From the human T2T-CHM13v2.0 reference genome, Homo sapiens, in NCBI RefSeq assembly GCF_009914755.1, contig NC_060925.1: DNA of 64,000 bases. One strand, given 5' to 3'. The notes below the pieces were generated by a model, which ran no database searches, was not told the DNA's origin, and saw nothing but the letters and a program-made list of their open reading frames with translations. This document shows positions 15,940-32,562 of this stretch, one piece after another. The translations under genes were made by a program, and so were the position numbers. The first letter of the stretch is position 1; each line of letters starts with the position of its first letter.

Positions 15940-16225
15940 CTATTTTTAAAATTGTGATAAAGCATATATAACAAAATTTGCCATCTTAAGTGTACAGTTC
16001 AGTGGCATTAAGTACATTCACACTGTTGCACAGCCATCACCACCATCCATTTCCAGAACTTGTTTTCATCTTCCTGAACTGAAACTCTGTACCTGTTAAA
16101 CAGTAACTCCCCATGCCCCACCTTCTTTCAGCCCCTGGTAACCAGCATTTTCCTTTGTCTCTATGAATTTGACTATTTTAGATACCTCATATAAGTGGAA
16201 TCATAGTATTTGTCCTTTTGTGTCA
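15940..16225 (-). mobile_element. L1M 3' fragment
   Basis: cagtggcattaagtacattcacactgttg...ataagtggaatcat motifs. Confidence 0.75.
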
Positions 16226-18096
16226 ATCATATTGTATTTTTGTCTAAAAAAGGAAAACTATCAGATTTATGTGAAATGTAACGTAATTTACATTTGATTT
16301 ACTGTTAGTAATGTCTCTTTAATCATGCTATGCTAGGGAAGTACATTATGGTCTCTCCCTCTAAGAATATGAAGAGGAAATTTTACCTTCAACAAACAAG
16401 CAAACTTAGTTATATTTTTGTGATTTTATGCTGTTTTCATATTCTATTTTGAGATCTATTTGTCTTAGCTTGGAGGTGGTTTTGTTAAATGTCCACGATT
16501 TAGAGACGGCATAATGAAAAAATGACCAAGAATTTGGTTGGGAATGGGAGGAGCTTAGAAGAACAAGAAATTGGCTTTGATTTTATAGTGTATGGTGCTC
16601 TGTTGGTAGCTGGACATCATCACAGGCTTTGGATTGAGAAGACCTGTTCTGGAGTTCTAGTTCTGCTACTGCCTAGCGTTGTGATCTTGATGAAGATACT
16701 CTTCCTTCCTGGGCTTCAGTTTTTGATCTATAAATTGCTAGTGATGGGGCTGGACTATTTTTAAGTTTGTTCTAACTTTAGCAGTCTTAAGAATTAAGGT
16801 TGCATGCCAGAAAATAGGGTTAAATATTTGTTTCTGATCTGGTTACAAAAAAAAAAAAAACTTGATGGCTTAAAGTAAATAAAAATTCAACAGTACGGTG
16901 TAAATTTAAAATGAGGCAAAAGAAAGATAATGACTTAATTTTTATTTTAATCTTTCTTATAGCTGTTTTATATAAGAACTTTTCATGAATACAATCAAAA
17001 TGTCCATGAGATAAAAATAAGCTAATTGTGCAGGAAAAGTACAAATGCACTTTTTCTGCAGCTCTAACATGTAAGGTTTGGGAACAATCGTTGGGCCTGA
17101 CAAACAGTTGAGCTAGGGTAAGGGTGAATGCCTTTTCTGGAAGCCTATCAAGAGCATCGAGGTGAAGTCCTCTTACCTTTAATCATGGGAGAGCCCATTC
17201 TGGACCAAGGGTTTGAGAAAATTATTCTGACTGTGTTCTAAGGTAATAGGTGAATGGGTGCTCAAGGGCCCCTGTTGCATTTCATGTAGACTTGCCAGAA
17301 GAGTTTTAGCTTGAAAACATCATAAGATGAATATAGGCAGATCCCAAACTCAGTAAAAAAACAGCTATAGAATGTTGCTCTATCCTCCAAGATGAACACT
17401 TTACATAATGTTTGTACAAGGTGGCTTGTGTGAGTTTGTTGATAAACCAGTTAAAAGTTGGGATATCCCCCAGCTATCCCAAAAGAAGAGGACTAAATAC
17501 AACCATGTTTTAGTCTGCTAGAGACTTGTGTTCTGACCTAAGACCTGTCAGAAGACCTGTCCCACTGGCTCTGCTTCTGTACTAGTACTATAAGGCAGGT
17601 TCTGTGTGAACATTAATAACCAAGGATCCTGAGTTAGACTTATAGTTTGGTCAATAACCAATTTATACCTAGATTGAAAGACCAAGGAAAAGTTAATAAA
17701 ATAATCAACAATCTGGTACTATTTGAGGGAAAGTAGGGCTATCCTATTTGGAGATGGAATAAATGGGATAAATTATGTTTGGGGCCTGAATAGACAAGAT
17801 CATAGCTTGTATAGTAAGGGTTCTTAACCTGGGGCTTCAGAGCTCCAGCGAGTCTACAGAGAGACTATTTGATATGCTAGTTTTCTTTGTATTTCTCTGA
17901 ATTTAATTTTACGTGTTTAAAAATATGATGATGAAAAGAGGCACATGGTTTCATCAGATTGCCGGAAGGATCCATGATACAAAACAGATTCAGAACTCCT
18001 GTATGTTGAGTTAAAGTGAACAGATTAGTAATGGTTGGAGCATGATATTCAGAGTAGTTCCTGAACAGCTCTTGAATATGAGAAGTCTTTCCCAGG

Positions 18097-18400
18097 TTTT
18101 TTGTTTTGTTTTGTTTTGTTTTGAGATGGAATCTCACTGTCGCCCAGGCTGGAAGTGCAGTGGCATGATCTTGGCTCACTGCAAACGCCTCCTGGGTTCA
18201 GGTGATTCTCCTGCCTCAGCCTCCTGAATAGCTGGGATTACAGGCAGGCACCACAACGCCTGGCTAATTTTTGTATTTTTAGTAGAGACGGGGTTTTGCC
18301 CTGTTAGCCAGGCTGGTCTCAAACCCCTGACCTCAGGTGATCCACCTGCCTTGGCCTCCCAAAGTGCTAGGATTACAGGTGTGAGCCACCGTGCCCAGCC
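18097..18400 (-). mobile_element. AluS with (TTTTG)n tail
   Basis: Antisense dimer; TSD ccaggttt. Confidence 0.9.
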
Positions 18401-19308
18401 AGGTTTGTTCTTTGGCTTGAGTTTTTTCATCAGCAGTAGCCAGAGTAGTTTCTCGGATAATTCTCCCAAGCTGCTTTCTTTTTAGGGAATCAGAAAGACT
18501 ATTAAATGAGTTTAACTTTTATAGCTACAAATTTATTCTTAAGTGTATTTCAAGCTCATATGGCTCTCTAGTATTAATATTGCTAGTAGCAGCCTAAGTG
18601 TGAGTGGGTGTTTCTGGCAAGGAGCAATTTCCATTTTAATTGACATTTTCTTCTATGTACTAAATCTTGGATGCCAAGAGCTTTCCTCACTGGTAGTTGT
18701 AAATGCTAAATCTATATACTTAACTTCATCCCCTTCTGTCAAGATAAATGCAAACTTCATTTCCCCTCAAAGGAGTTCAAAGGAAAACTTCTTGGCGTGT
18801 TTGGGGAGATGTTTTCATCCACCATCACATGGACCCAACTGCAAAGATTTTCAGTGCCTAAAACAAGCTCACCTGTCTTGGTTCTTCTGAAACACGTAGC
18901 AGTTGAAAAGTTTAGAATTGTTCACTTGTTCCAAATTCTATGATAGAGAGGCGGCAGCAATACATTCATTAATACTCTAAATGAGAGTATTTGATGTCCT
19001 CTAAGTTTATTCAGGAAGTATCTTATGTAGCTAAGAAACATTTGTAGAGATAAAGGTCTGTTTGATAGCCTGGGGGCAGAGGGATAATGTTTGCTTAATA
19101 AAGATGATCGTTTTGGGATGTGCCTTAGAAACTAACAAACTCGCATCTCCTATCCAGTGATCCAGATCTCTGAGCTAAGGCACATAGAGGTCTGTTAGTA
19201 AAAAGGGAATGGCAGGTTTATTTAGGTTTGGTTAATACTAGTTTTTTACAGACTATAGGAAGCCTTGCTATTTTGCTTGGAATAGTTTGTTGCAATAGTT
19301 TATTCTAA

Positions 19309-19686
<378 letters not shown>

Positions 19687-20068
19687 TGCACAAGCAGTTT
19701 TTATGTGCCTTCCCTTCAGTTATCTTCGTGCTCCTCAGAATAACCCTGTAAAGTAGGTAGGGAAGTCATCTTCATTTTATAGTTGAAAGACTCAAGACTC
19801 AGAAATAAAGTATTCACAGTTTTGTATTAAGTTGGAAAACCAGTACTGGAACCTGGGGGGTCTTCTAACTACTGGCCTGTGCTCTTTAAGCTGCAATAGC
19901 TATCCCACTTTGAAAAGAACGTATGAAATACAGTTGCAGTCATGTATACTCCATCTCCAAAGAATGGATTCATTCTTCATGTCATGGTATATTGACTATA
20001 ATTTTCTGTTTTTAATTACCCAGATTCCAAGCCTGTTTATAGAACTTATACCTGAGGAATGGTGAGGA

Positions 20069-20323
<255 letters not shown>

Positions 20324-20510
20324 TTAGGTGATTGACTTGATCCTTGAAATGTTATTAGACAACAGCAGTTGGGGGCCTATTTTTGGAGGGAAGATTCTCT
20401 ATTGCACTCCAGTGTTTCTCACTTTAGTTGAAAAGAAATTGAGGAGAGGTGTCTTTCCACCTTTGGTTTTCAGTAGGTATCATATGAAGTCAGTGGCTCT
20501 CCTGCATCTA

Positions 20511-20819
<309 letters not shown>

Positions 20820-21830
20820 CTAGTAAGAGGAAACACCATTGGAAATATCAGATTTGGCTTATAGAATATCTACCTACTTCCTGCTCTTGTTCCCCTTGGA
20901 GAGACCAGTGCTCCAAATGTAAAAAGCAAGACAGAGAACAGCTTATCTCAATGTACCAGAGTAAAGCCAGAGAGATGTGGGATCATTCTAGTTCCCTATC
21001 TTTCTAATAGCTGTGTGACTTGTGGAAAATTATTGAGCTTTTTCTGAGTCTGTTTTCCTATCTTATAGGGTTACAATGAAAGCTAAATGAGATTGTGTAT
21101 GTATATTGTCCATGATAGTGGCTGGCATATAGGTCTATAATGTGTTATGCAGATCTTTAGCAGCCAGGATGCAACTGAGAACTTGACATTTTATAAGTAG
21201 TGCTGATAATGGGTTGAAACAGGCCCAAGTTAGCATGTGCCCATATGCATCTCCAGGATGATTTTGATAGGCTTCTTTCATGGGGTCCCAGATCTCAGTT
21301 TGGGCTACTTTGGTCCTGCTGCCACATGGTGAGAGTTAGAGAATTTCCCAGTGCCATACCACAAGCATTTCTGCTCTCTCATTTCCTTCTCTGATTGCTA
21401 CTTAGCGAGAAGTCGGGCTGCATATCTGCAGAGGCTGCCCATTGCCCCAGCCCAGCTTGCTTTTAGGGAGCAGGTCTTTAGGGTTTTGAAGTATACTATC
21501 AGCTGACTTGCGTTCAGTCTACTTATCTAATAAAGCAAGAACAATCCCATTTGTGGCTTTTTCCCCATAATACTCCTGTACAACCCTTTAAGGTCTCATA
21601 GACTTGTTTTATTAATGTCTCATAGACTTTAATAAACCTCATAGACTCATAGACTTTAGGGTTAAAGATGGAAAGTCTCATAGACTGTAATCTTTAGGCT
21701 TAAAGATGGGAAGTGAATAGCTCTGTAAGACATTTTGATTAGACGATATTCAGAGTGCTCTAATGTGAAGTTAAAACTACCAAAGGGAAGGGAAGAGAAC
21801 AAGCTGTGGCAAGGGATAGGAGTATCCCTT

Positions 21831-22068
21831 TCATCAGCAAGCTGTGGACCTCCATTTGTAAGCAGATGCTTGGGTGAAATTAACATTTTTCACGCCTCTA
21901 ACCTTTCCCAAATTCAGAGGTCATCAGCAAGGTGTGGACCTCCATTTGTGAGCAGATGCTTGGGTGAAATTAACGTTTTTCACGCCTCTAACTTTTCCCA
22001 AATTCAGAAAGCAGATGCTTGGGTGAAATTAACGTTTTTCTCACCTCTAACCTTTCCCAAATTCAGAA
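21831..22068. repeat. Tandem repeat, 90-bp unit x2 plus a ~60-bp partial copy
   Basis: tcatcagcaag...aattcaga at 21831 and 21921; partial copy from about 22009. Confidence 0.92.
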
Positions 22069-22684
22069 ACTGGCTGGGCTCTAACACTTGTCCTATAGAA
22101 CTCCTGTCCTACAGAATTCTACAGGCTAAAGAGAACCACTCTTGGGTAGTCTTCCAGCTGCCAATTTAATTGGCATGAGAGAAAGCTGGTCTGCCAGTCT
22201 CTCCTTAAACTCCTACGGACAGTACATTTTTAGCCTCCTAAGTGGGGTTACTAGCTCAACCCTTCTATTATGTTGCAATGAAGATTCATATCATATGTTA
22301 TTTTCTCTGTTCTGTCATTTTCATCTCCTTCCTTAGGCAATTTGGGAGAGTACTAAGTGTAACTCCTTTGCTTTGCCTAGTTGATGGTCCCTTATCTCTT
22401 TGCACTCAATTCCTCTTATGAGCTTTGTGATGTCCAAGTGATACTTAGATGTCTAATTTGAGACCAAGCTCACTGTCAGTAAATTTGGAGCTCTAAAATG
22501 CTAATCTAGAACCTGCAGAAGAAGTTGTTTTTTAGAATTATTTGCATGAGACATTGATTGGTCTGCTGGAGGGCTGCTAGACTGAAATTACCTAAGTTGG
22601 GGCAGTAGAGTGACACAAGGCTTAGAGAAAGGGTCATGGGGAGAACTTGTTCTACCAAAGCTGCTTGATGCAAAGGCCACTCAC

Positions 22685-22814
22685 CACTTCGTCATCTTCC
22701 ACCAGCACCATATCATAGGCACTGAGGGCTGCACAGAAAATGATGCAGGTGACTCCCTCGAAGCAGTGGATCCACTTCTTTCTCTCGGATCTCTGCCCTC
22801 CCACATCAAACATC
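22685..22814 (-). CDS. GNAT2: Cone transducin alpha, coding exon 6
   Basis: [14 protein letters not shown]...EDDEV; 130 nt. Confidence 0.96.
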
Positions 22815-23021
22815 CTGAGGGAAGAAGCAGCTATTTTCATAGGTATGCCCAACATACGACCTATATGCCTTTGATGGTCACCCCGTGAAGTGGGAGAGGA
22901 AAAGGGGGAGAAGCAGAACAGTAATTTAGATTAGGCTTCACCAAAGGCCAAGAAGCCTGCCTGTGCCCCTTTTCAGGATTCCACACGTGTATCCGAGATG
23001 CCCTAGGGAACCATGCACTTA

Positions 23022-23165
<144 letters not shown>

Positions 23166-23883
23166 TTAGCATCAATGACAAATTTTCCACAGACGAGGCT
23201 AAGAGACGTAAAAGGTATCTTACCCAAAGTCACACAGCTAATTTGGTGATAGAAATCAGGACTAGAAGCCATATTGTTAAATTTAGGATTCTTTCCTTCA
23301 AACCTTCATATGTCATTAACTAGAGGAAATGGGGGATGGACTGAGGGACAAGCCCATTTGAGGCTGGAGTTCCAGCGCATTTAAATCAAGTTAGATAAGT
23401 TTTCCTTGGGTTTGCCCTGACTGCAAGCTTTTGTAGATTTTTGAATGAGATTTAGTGGGTGCTAAAAGTTCCATCAAGAGGCAGTAAATTGAAAGAGACT
23501 TTAAAGACATGAACCAATGCAACACATGGACTTTGTTTATATCCTGAATCAAACTGGGGAGGAAACATTTGAGATAACTGGGGAAATTTGAACACCGACT
23601 TGGTGATATTTGATGCTATTAAGGAATTGTTAACTATTTGGGTGTGATTATATTCTTTTTATAAAAAGGGTCAATATTTTAGAGATCCATAATGACATTT
23701 TTAGGATGAAATGATACCTGGAATTTGCTTCAAAATAATCCAGTAGGGAATGGAGGTAAAAAGAAATAAGATTGGCCATGAGTTGATAACTGTTGAAGGT
23801 AATTCATTATGTTATTTCTACTTTTGTATGTTTGAAAGTTACCTTAAAAAAGAAAAAGTTATTTTTTAAAAAAAAAAAAAAGG

Positions 23884-24272
<389 letters not shown>

Positions 24273-24371
24273 TCAGATTCTCGTTTAAACTCCTAAGCCA
24301 TCAAGTTTCATATCCCCATTTTACAGATGGAGAAATTCAGAAGAGTTAAATACTTGGCTAGGGTCAAGAGA

Positions 24372-24600
24372 AATTGTGGTGTATTATGAAAAATATTCAG
24401 CTTTGTAGTCAAGCAGCCCAATGCAAATGCAGTCTCTGCTATTTATCTACATGACCTTGGGCAGTTAATTAACTTCTCTGAACTTCAGTTTTTCCATGTG
24501 TAAAATGAGGCTAATTAGAAAGGTACCATCTACCTTAAGGTCTTACTGCGTAGATGGGTAAAGGGCGTTGAGATGGTATACACAGTACACCTAGCAGTGA
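24372..24600. repeat. 229-bp direct repeat, copy 1 (MIR-derived, GNAT2 intron 4)
   Basis: Matches 26391-26619 except for 2 substitutions found by eye. Confidence 0.95.
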
Positions 24601-25345
24601 CTGGGCTTTGAGTGCTCCGGGAACAGTAAGTGATAGCATTATTACAAGATTAGGAGACAGATGGTTAGGTTAAATAAACTCAGGTTTGACTTTGAAGCCC
24701 ATACTTGTCTATGATCCCATACTGTCTGAGGTAGGATTGATAAATTATGTCCCTTAGCTTTTTGGAAGCAGCTTTGCAATGATGGTACTAATTCCTGACC
24801 ACCTTCCCTTGGTTTGCCCTTGTAGTTTGTGTCCCCTGCCTTGGCATCGTGACATAAGATGCTCTAGGTGTAGGAGACTCATTTCTGCTTAGTGGCCTAA
24901 GTAGATCCTAGATTACCAGATAGAAAATTCTGCCCTGAAAGAGCCATCATGAATCACATTACTCCTGCGAGAGTGTATGACAGAACTGCAGGGCTATCTT
25001 AGGGTTCTGGAAGGAGAGGCTTAGTGTACACCTCAATTAAGAGAACAGGGCTGAGGGCTACTAGGCAGAACACGTCTTTTGAATTTTGCATCTTCAGCCT
25101 TGTAGGCTGTAGTGAGCCAGTGTAAAGCAATAGAAAGTCATGACAACTGTGGCAGATCTCCCCATAGCATTAAATTCAAAACATTGCTGAAGCCTAACAA
25201 AACAGATCCACAGGCTGAATTCAGTCTGGGTCTCCAGCTTTCAATGCCTGAAATTTTGGGTTGGGTGAGGTTTCTCCCAACCAGAGAGAAGACTGGCTAG
25301 AAGATTGCTTAAGCATCAACCCACCCTCTCACCAGTCAGTCTTAC

Positions 25346-25584
<239 letters not shown>

Positions 25585-26065
25585 TCATTTTACATTACTA
25601 CGAAGACCTAAGATGGAAGCAGTATCCAGTGAAGATTCTATGTAAGAAAACATACTGTTGAATTTTTGAGTATGCTCCCCAGATGCAGAGGGTGGCACTA
25701 TACCCAGCCCTGGGGTGTGTCTAAAGCGGGGCAGGGGTCCCAGGTATTTCCTCTCTGGAGTTTCTGGCTTCCATCCTTAGTCTGAAAGTTTACCGCCACA
25801 AAACGTGGGTCCTCTGCTGCAGAGAGACTGAAAATGTAAAGGCCAGATTGACCATGAAATAGACAAGATAGAAGACAGGGACCCATCACCTTTGTTCTTC
25901 AGCGATTGAAAGCTAGAAAAAGTCCAGTACTAGAAGTAGGGATTTCACTTACAAAAGTTCCATGGCCAGGAACCCAAGGGTAGCAATTTAAATGGTAAAG
26001 TAAAAAAGCAGAGGAAGCTGTGAGCAGCTTTATTTTGTAAATATGTGTTATAAAGTAGGGCTTGA

Positions 26066-26619
<554 letters not shown>

Positions 26620-26754
26620 GATCCCACCCAGCAGGTGGGATTTTAGTTACTATTTTTCTTACCCATCTTTCCATATAGTTTGTTGGCCTCTGGTATGTTT
26701 CTTCTTGCTAGCCTTTCTGCTTCCACCCTTAACCACATAATAGTAATCACATAC

Positions 26755-26896
26755 CGCACAGCTTGGTTCAGCATAATCGATGCCCAGTGTGGTCATGGCC
26801 CGGATGATAGCCAGGATGGACTGCAGCACATTTCCATAGATGATAGCCTTGAACTCCAGGCATTCTTCTGGTGAATAGCCATCCTGGTGAATGATC
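26755..26896 (-). CDS. GNAT2: Cone transducin alpha, coding exon 3
   Basis: [26 protein letters not shown]...EPSCA; 142 nt. Confidence 0.96.
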
Positions 26897-27179
26897 CTGC
26901 AAGGGGCAGACACTCTGTCTTTAGCTGGACCTGAGTAACCAGACCTAAGGGATTAGGAATTTGGGGGTATTTAAAGGATCATAAGAATCCTATCTCTCTG
27001 TTGCTACTGCTTTCTCAAAGTGGAGGGTGAGGGACAAGGGGTACAGATGAGGGGCATTGGAATCAGATCCTTTATACCTGGGCTCCTTGAGGCTAAAGAG
27101 CCTTTCACTTTGAATACCTCCACTGGCTGTACTGACTTCTTCACCCTATCTTGTCTTTTGGGGCTTTGTTTCTACTCAC

Positions 27180-27222
27180 TTCATCTGTTTGACGATGGTG
27201 CTCTTTCCTGACTCCCCAGCAC
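27180..27222 (-). CDS. GNAT2: Cone transducin alpha, coding exon 2 (P-loop)
   Basis: GAGESGKSTIVKQM; 43 nt; cag/gtgag. Confidence 0.96.
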
Positions 27223-27406
27223 CTGGAAGGAAAAATGCTTATGCTTTCGATTTCCACCAGTTCTCCTCAGCCTTCCAGGAGATGGCCTGGGAGAAGTCAG
27301 AGCCACTGCTTGCTTGGGGGTCTTGTTAGGGGAGAATACATAGGGATGACTGCTGCCCTCAATTTCTGGCAGGCTTGAGCTCAGGCCATTCAACCTGGAT
27401 TTAGAG

Positions 27407-27594
27407 CAGTTTCTTAACTTCAGTACTATTTAGTTTGGGCTGTCTCATGCATGGTAGGATGTTCAGCAGCATTCCTGGCCTCTACCCACTAGAGGCCAAT
27501 AGCATCCCACTTCCCTAGTTATGACAACCAAAAGTGTCTCCAGACATTTCCAAATGACCACTGGCAGTCAAAATCTTCCTGTTGAAAACCACTA
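27407..27594. mobile_element. MER20-like hAT DNA transposon
   Basis: cctggcctctacccactaga...gtgtctccagacatt...aaccact consensus motifs. Confidence 0.75.
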
Positions 27595-27730
27595 ACAGAT
27601 TCAGGGGGAGTCCTTTAACATTTCTCCTCTCTGCCTATTTTTGACTCAGGAGAGTGATCTTGGGGTAGGATTGGAGAGAGCTGGATCATTTCACCAAAAT
27701 AACTATATTTTCATCACCTTGCTGGTTCCC

Positions 27731-28250
27731 TTTTTTTTTTTTGAGACAGGGTCTCAGGTTTGTAGCCCAGGCTGGAGTGTAATGGCACAATCTCGGCTTA
27801 CTGCAGCCTTGACTTCCCAGGCTCAAGTGATCCTCCCACCTCAGTCTCCTGAGTAGTTGGGATTCCAGGTGTGCGACATCATGCCCGACTACATTTTTTT
27901 TTTTTTTTTTGAGACAGTCTTGCTCTGTCTCCCAGGCTGGAGTGCAGTGGTGCTATCTTGGCTCACTGCAACCTCTGCCTCCTGGGTTTTAAGCAATTCT
28001 TCTGCCTCAGCCTCCTGAGTAGCTGGGACTCTACAGGCGCATGCCACCATGCCTGACTAATTTTTGTATTTTTAGTAGAAATGGGGTTTCACTATGTTGG
28101 CCAGGCTGGTCTCAAACTCCTGACCTCAGGTAGATCCACCCATCTTGGCCTCCCAAAGCGCTGGGATTACAGGCGTGCGCCACTGCATCCGGCCATTTCC
28201 CCCCGCCCCTCCGTAGAGGCAGGTTTTCACCATGTTGCTCAACCTGGTCT
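27731..28250 (-). mobile_element. Nested Alus (AluS at about 27894-28194 inside an older Alu)
   Basis: Two poly-T starts; the outer Alu resumes after about 28210. Confidence 0.8.
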
Positions 28251-29462
28251 TGGATGGGGCTAAGTGGGTTCCCTTTATTGACTAATGTGTCCTAATGTCC
28301 TCATTCACACTCTGCTCTCTCCATCAAAAACTCATACCTTCTAGTACTGAGTTTATACTACCCTAATGCCTCGAACTCCTCCTATTTCGCTTGTGCTTGT
28401 TCCCTCTAAGCAGCTTATCCTGAATGTAGAAGAAATCTGCTTAGGCTTAAAAGATCTCTCAGTGGCCCCACCATCTCTGTTTCCCCCTGCGTAACCTCCT
28501 GGGCTCCTTAGAGTCTGGTCCAGCTTACAAAGATATGCTCCTTTAGTGTGTCCTTACGACTGTGCCACAGATCAGCTGGGGGAAAAGAAGGTGCCTTAGC
28601 CTAGTGCGTCAGCTCCCAGATCCCTTATGGGGGCTTGGAAACCCAGCTCAGGCATCTAATCTTCTGCTACGTAGACCCTACCTGCTCCAGCTACCCTACT
28701 TCTGTGGTACCAGTGGTTTGTTTTCCTAAGCCACGTGTCTCAAATGTTCTTGTCTTGGTTTTATTTACAGCTGTGATCAATTTCCCTGACAAATTGAGGT
28801 GCTTTTATTTTCTCAGCACAGACCAGTGATCTGCTTAGGAGCTCATCAAGTTGATGAACCTTCCATCTGGCAGGAGCTTTGCAGGCAGCTATTGAATAGA
28901 GAGCCAGGAAGGGACTGCTGTACATAAAGACACCATTCCTCCTTCCTCAGAGCCCCCTACTTCCAAAGTTTTTACTGAAAGCAAGAAGGAACCACTATAC
29001 TTGGCAAAAACCAGTGGGACTATCTCTGGTACTGTTGGCACTGACTGTATGGTGGGACTTGTGAGCCTGTTGGTGAGGGAAGGTCCTGTTCTATTCTGAT
29101 TTCTTGGCTTAGAGTTCTCTGCAGATTGGGTACAGTCTGCAAGTCCAGGGTCCTTGAAGCCAAAAGGATGTGTTAGGTTTGGTTAGATTTGGAAATGGGT
29201 GGGTTCATGGTGGCCCTTGCACTATTCCTTGCTCAAGAGTAGAAAAACTCTGGAATAGCCTTGGCATTCTGGATCCCCTTGGGGTGGCTGTTTAGGCCCC
29301 ATATTAACTCAGCTCTAGATCTCCTGATCCCCTAGCCAGACTGTGTAGAGGAGAGGAAAAATGACCTGCCACCCTTCCTTCCCATGGGGTGAGGTAGAAC
29401 CCACCAACCCTTCAGGAAAGTAGGAAGGACCCCTGCCTTCTCTGGCTCATCTTCCCATCTCA

Positions 29463-29615
<153 letters not shown>

Positions 29616-30807
29616 CTAATCCTCTCTCGTAAGGTTTCCTGTATGTGAGATGGAAGAGAAGGAAAAAAGTTGGGATTGAGTATCCCAACTTGGCTCCCCT
29701 AAAAGCTGGTCTGTACGATGGCAGGTGAGAGAGCAGGCTGTAGGGTCTTGTACTCTGCCTACATTGACTGAGACTCCCTACTTCAACTGGAGACCTACTT
29801 CTTAGTCTAGGGATTGTAGCCTTTATATCTAGCAATGTGATAGGTCAAGCCAATTAAGAGCTTTGTCAATATGGCAAGGGGTAAAGACTCAAATGTTTCT
29901 ATAACTAGGGAAATGATCTGCTGGGTTCTGACGGAAGGATAGGATGCACGACTACTTCCATCCTTTAAGGGGTTCATCCCCTGAAAGTCTCTTGCTTCCT
30001 TAGATTTATTTGCATCATAGAGCTAGAGATTACTGGCACATATGTAGAAAGCATTCCTTATGTTGAGCCTCCAGATTATAAGGTCTTGATCTCAAGGGCT
30101 TCAGGGTATCAAAGCATACTCGTTTACCATAGGCTGGTCCTCGCCAGGAAATTTGTTTTGGGTGGTGCCCTTCCTTGGGAAGATTAGGAATGTTTCAGCT
30201 CCCGCAGTGGCTGCTGCTCCAGGAAGCTACTAGCATTGTTCCTTTGCATTGGCCCCTCTCTTTGTACTTCTGTTATTAGCACTTATCACTTCATATTGTA
30301 CGTCGTTTTACAAATCTTTTCCCTCACTGCATTTCTCCCCCTGGAGCTCAACGGACCAAATCTGACTCATCTTTGAACCTCTCAGAACTTGTAGTTTATT
30401 TGTGGATCAAAAGGTTTGGTGAATGAATAAATGCAGGAAAAGGGTGTATGGTGAAGAGAATGGGGTTGCTTCCCTTTGGCCCACTAAAGCCAGCTGAGTC
30501 CCAACTTCACTTCATAAATGAACTTTGCTGGTATTCAGTGTGGGGTTTGTGCTGCCTCACACAAAAAACTCTGCTTCTTTGGGAAATTGGACTCCAGACT
30601 CTGGCTTCTCAAAGGTTGGGGCAGCTCTCTCTCCTTCTGGCTCTCATCCCAGCTGCCCTTTCCTGGGGGAAAAATGAGGGTGCAGTCTAGCAACTGCCTC
30701 ACAGACATTTAGGACTCCACAGGTTGTACTCCTCTATGCCAATTATTTCAGTTTACTTAAATGAGTGTTGCTGGCGGAGCCTCCTCAGGTGGAGATGTTT
30801 TAGAATT

Positions 30808-30968
30808 TTGTTGCCCAAAATGTGGATCAAGAGCCAGCAACATCAGATCACCCGGAAGCTCATTAGACATGCAGAATCTCAGGCTTTAATCCAGAACTTC
30901 TGATTCAGAATCCGCAGTTTAACAAGATCTCAGGTGACTCTAAAGACATTAAAGATTGGGAAGTACTG
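30808..30968. mobile_element. MER5A-like hAT MITE (another at about 31209-31356)
   Basis: atgcagaatctcagg...tcagaatc...tttaacaagat motifs. Confidence 0.7.
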
Positions 30969-31937
30969 CCCTAGGGACCTGTTTTCCGCTAAACTTACCT
31001 AATCCTAAGAATCACCTGGGTTGCTGGTGTCTGTGTTTCCTCAAGTCTTAGGTGCCACTGACTAGAAGATTACCCTGCTTTCCGAGATGTTAAAATAGTG
31101 TATGTTTTTAAATGGTATGTTAGCATCAAACTCCAGAGCCAGAGAAAATATTTTAAGCTAATACAGGTAGTTATCACATCTGTGAAGTTTGAAAAACCCT
31201 GGCCTGAAACAGTTCTCAACTTTTAGTGTACAGTGGCATTTACCTGGAGAGCTTTTTAAAAAATACTGATTTAATTGGTCTGGAGTGCAGTCCAGGCACA
31301 AGGATTTAAAAACGTCCCCAGCTGATTCTAGTGTACAGCCAAGGTGGAGAACTACTGAGGTCGAAGGATGTAATTTGCTCTTTCATTTTAGAGCTGGACT
31401 TGTGCAGCAGTGGCCAGTTGGGACTGGGAAGGTCAGGAGTAGAATCTAGGTCTCCCTGCCTATCAGGTACCCTGAGCCATAGCTAATTATCTTCCTCCTT
31501 CGCACCACCTTTCAGTGACTGTAGGGGCTGATGGAGAAATATGCAGCTGCTGAGGTGCTTTCCATGGTAGCCATGTTTTCCCAATCAAATTGGCAAGTCC
31601 TTATTGACTTAAGGAAAAACAGGAGAGTCTCTTTGAAATTGTGACTATCTTGGAATCTTGGTTATAAGGTTTCAGTAATTATACCCCACTGCTAGCCCTG
31701 CTCCAGCGTACTCACAATACTGGTAACTCACACTGAGGCCAGAGCCATGCTGAAGGCTACACTGTTCAAGGGGCTGCCTGGAACTATTAATAATTATTAT
31801 GTTATAGTTATTATAATTAATAACTGCTGAACAATGTAAGTGGCTCATACCAGTTAATTATCACAATAACTGCTATTGTCCCCAATTTACAGACTAGATT
31901 AACTGAGACTTGAGAGTTAAGTAACTCATTTAAAGTC

Positions 31938-32562
<625 letters not shown>

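Noticed and set aside
21735-22169. 144-aa ORF with internal peptide repeats; superficially CRISPR-like repeats
   Set aside because: Product of the 90-bp tandem duplication; no unique spacers, no cas genes, human intron.
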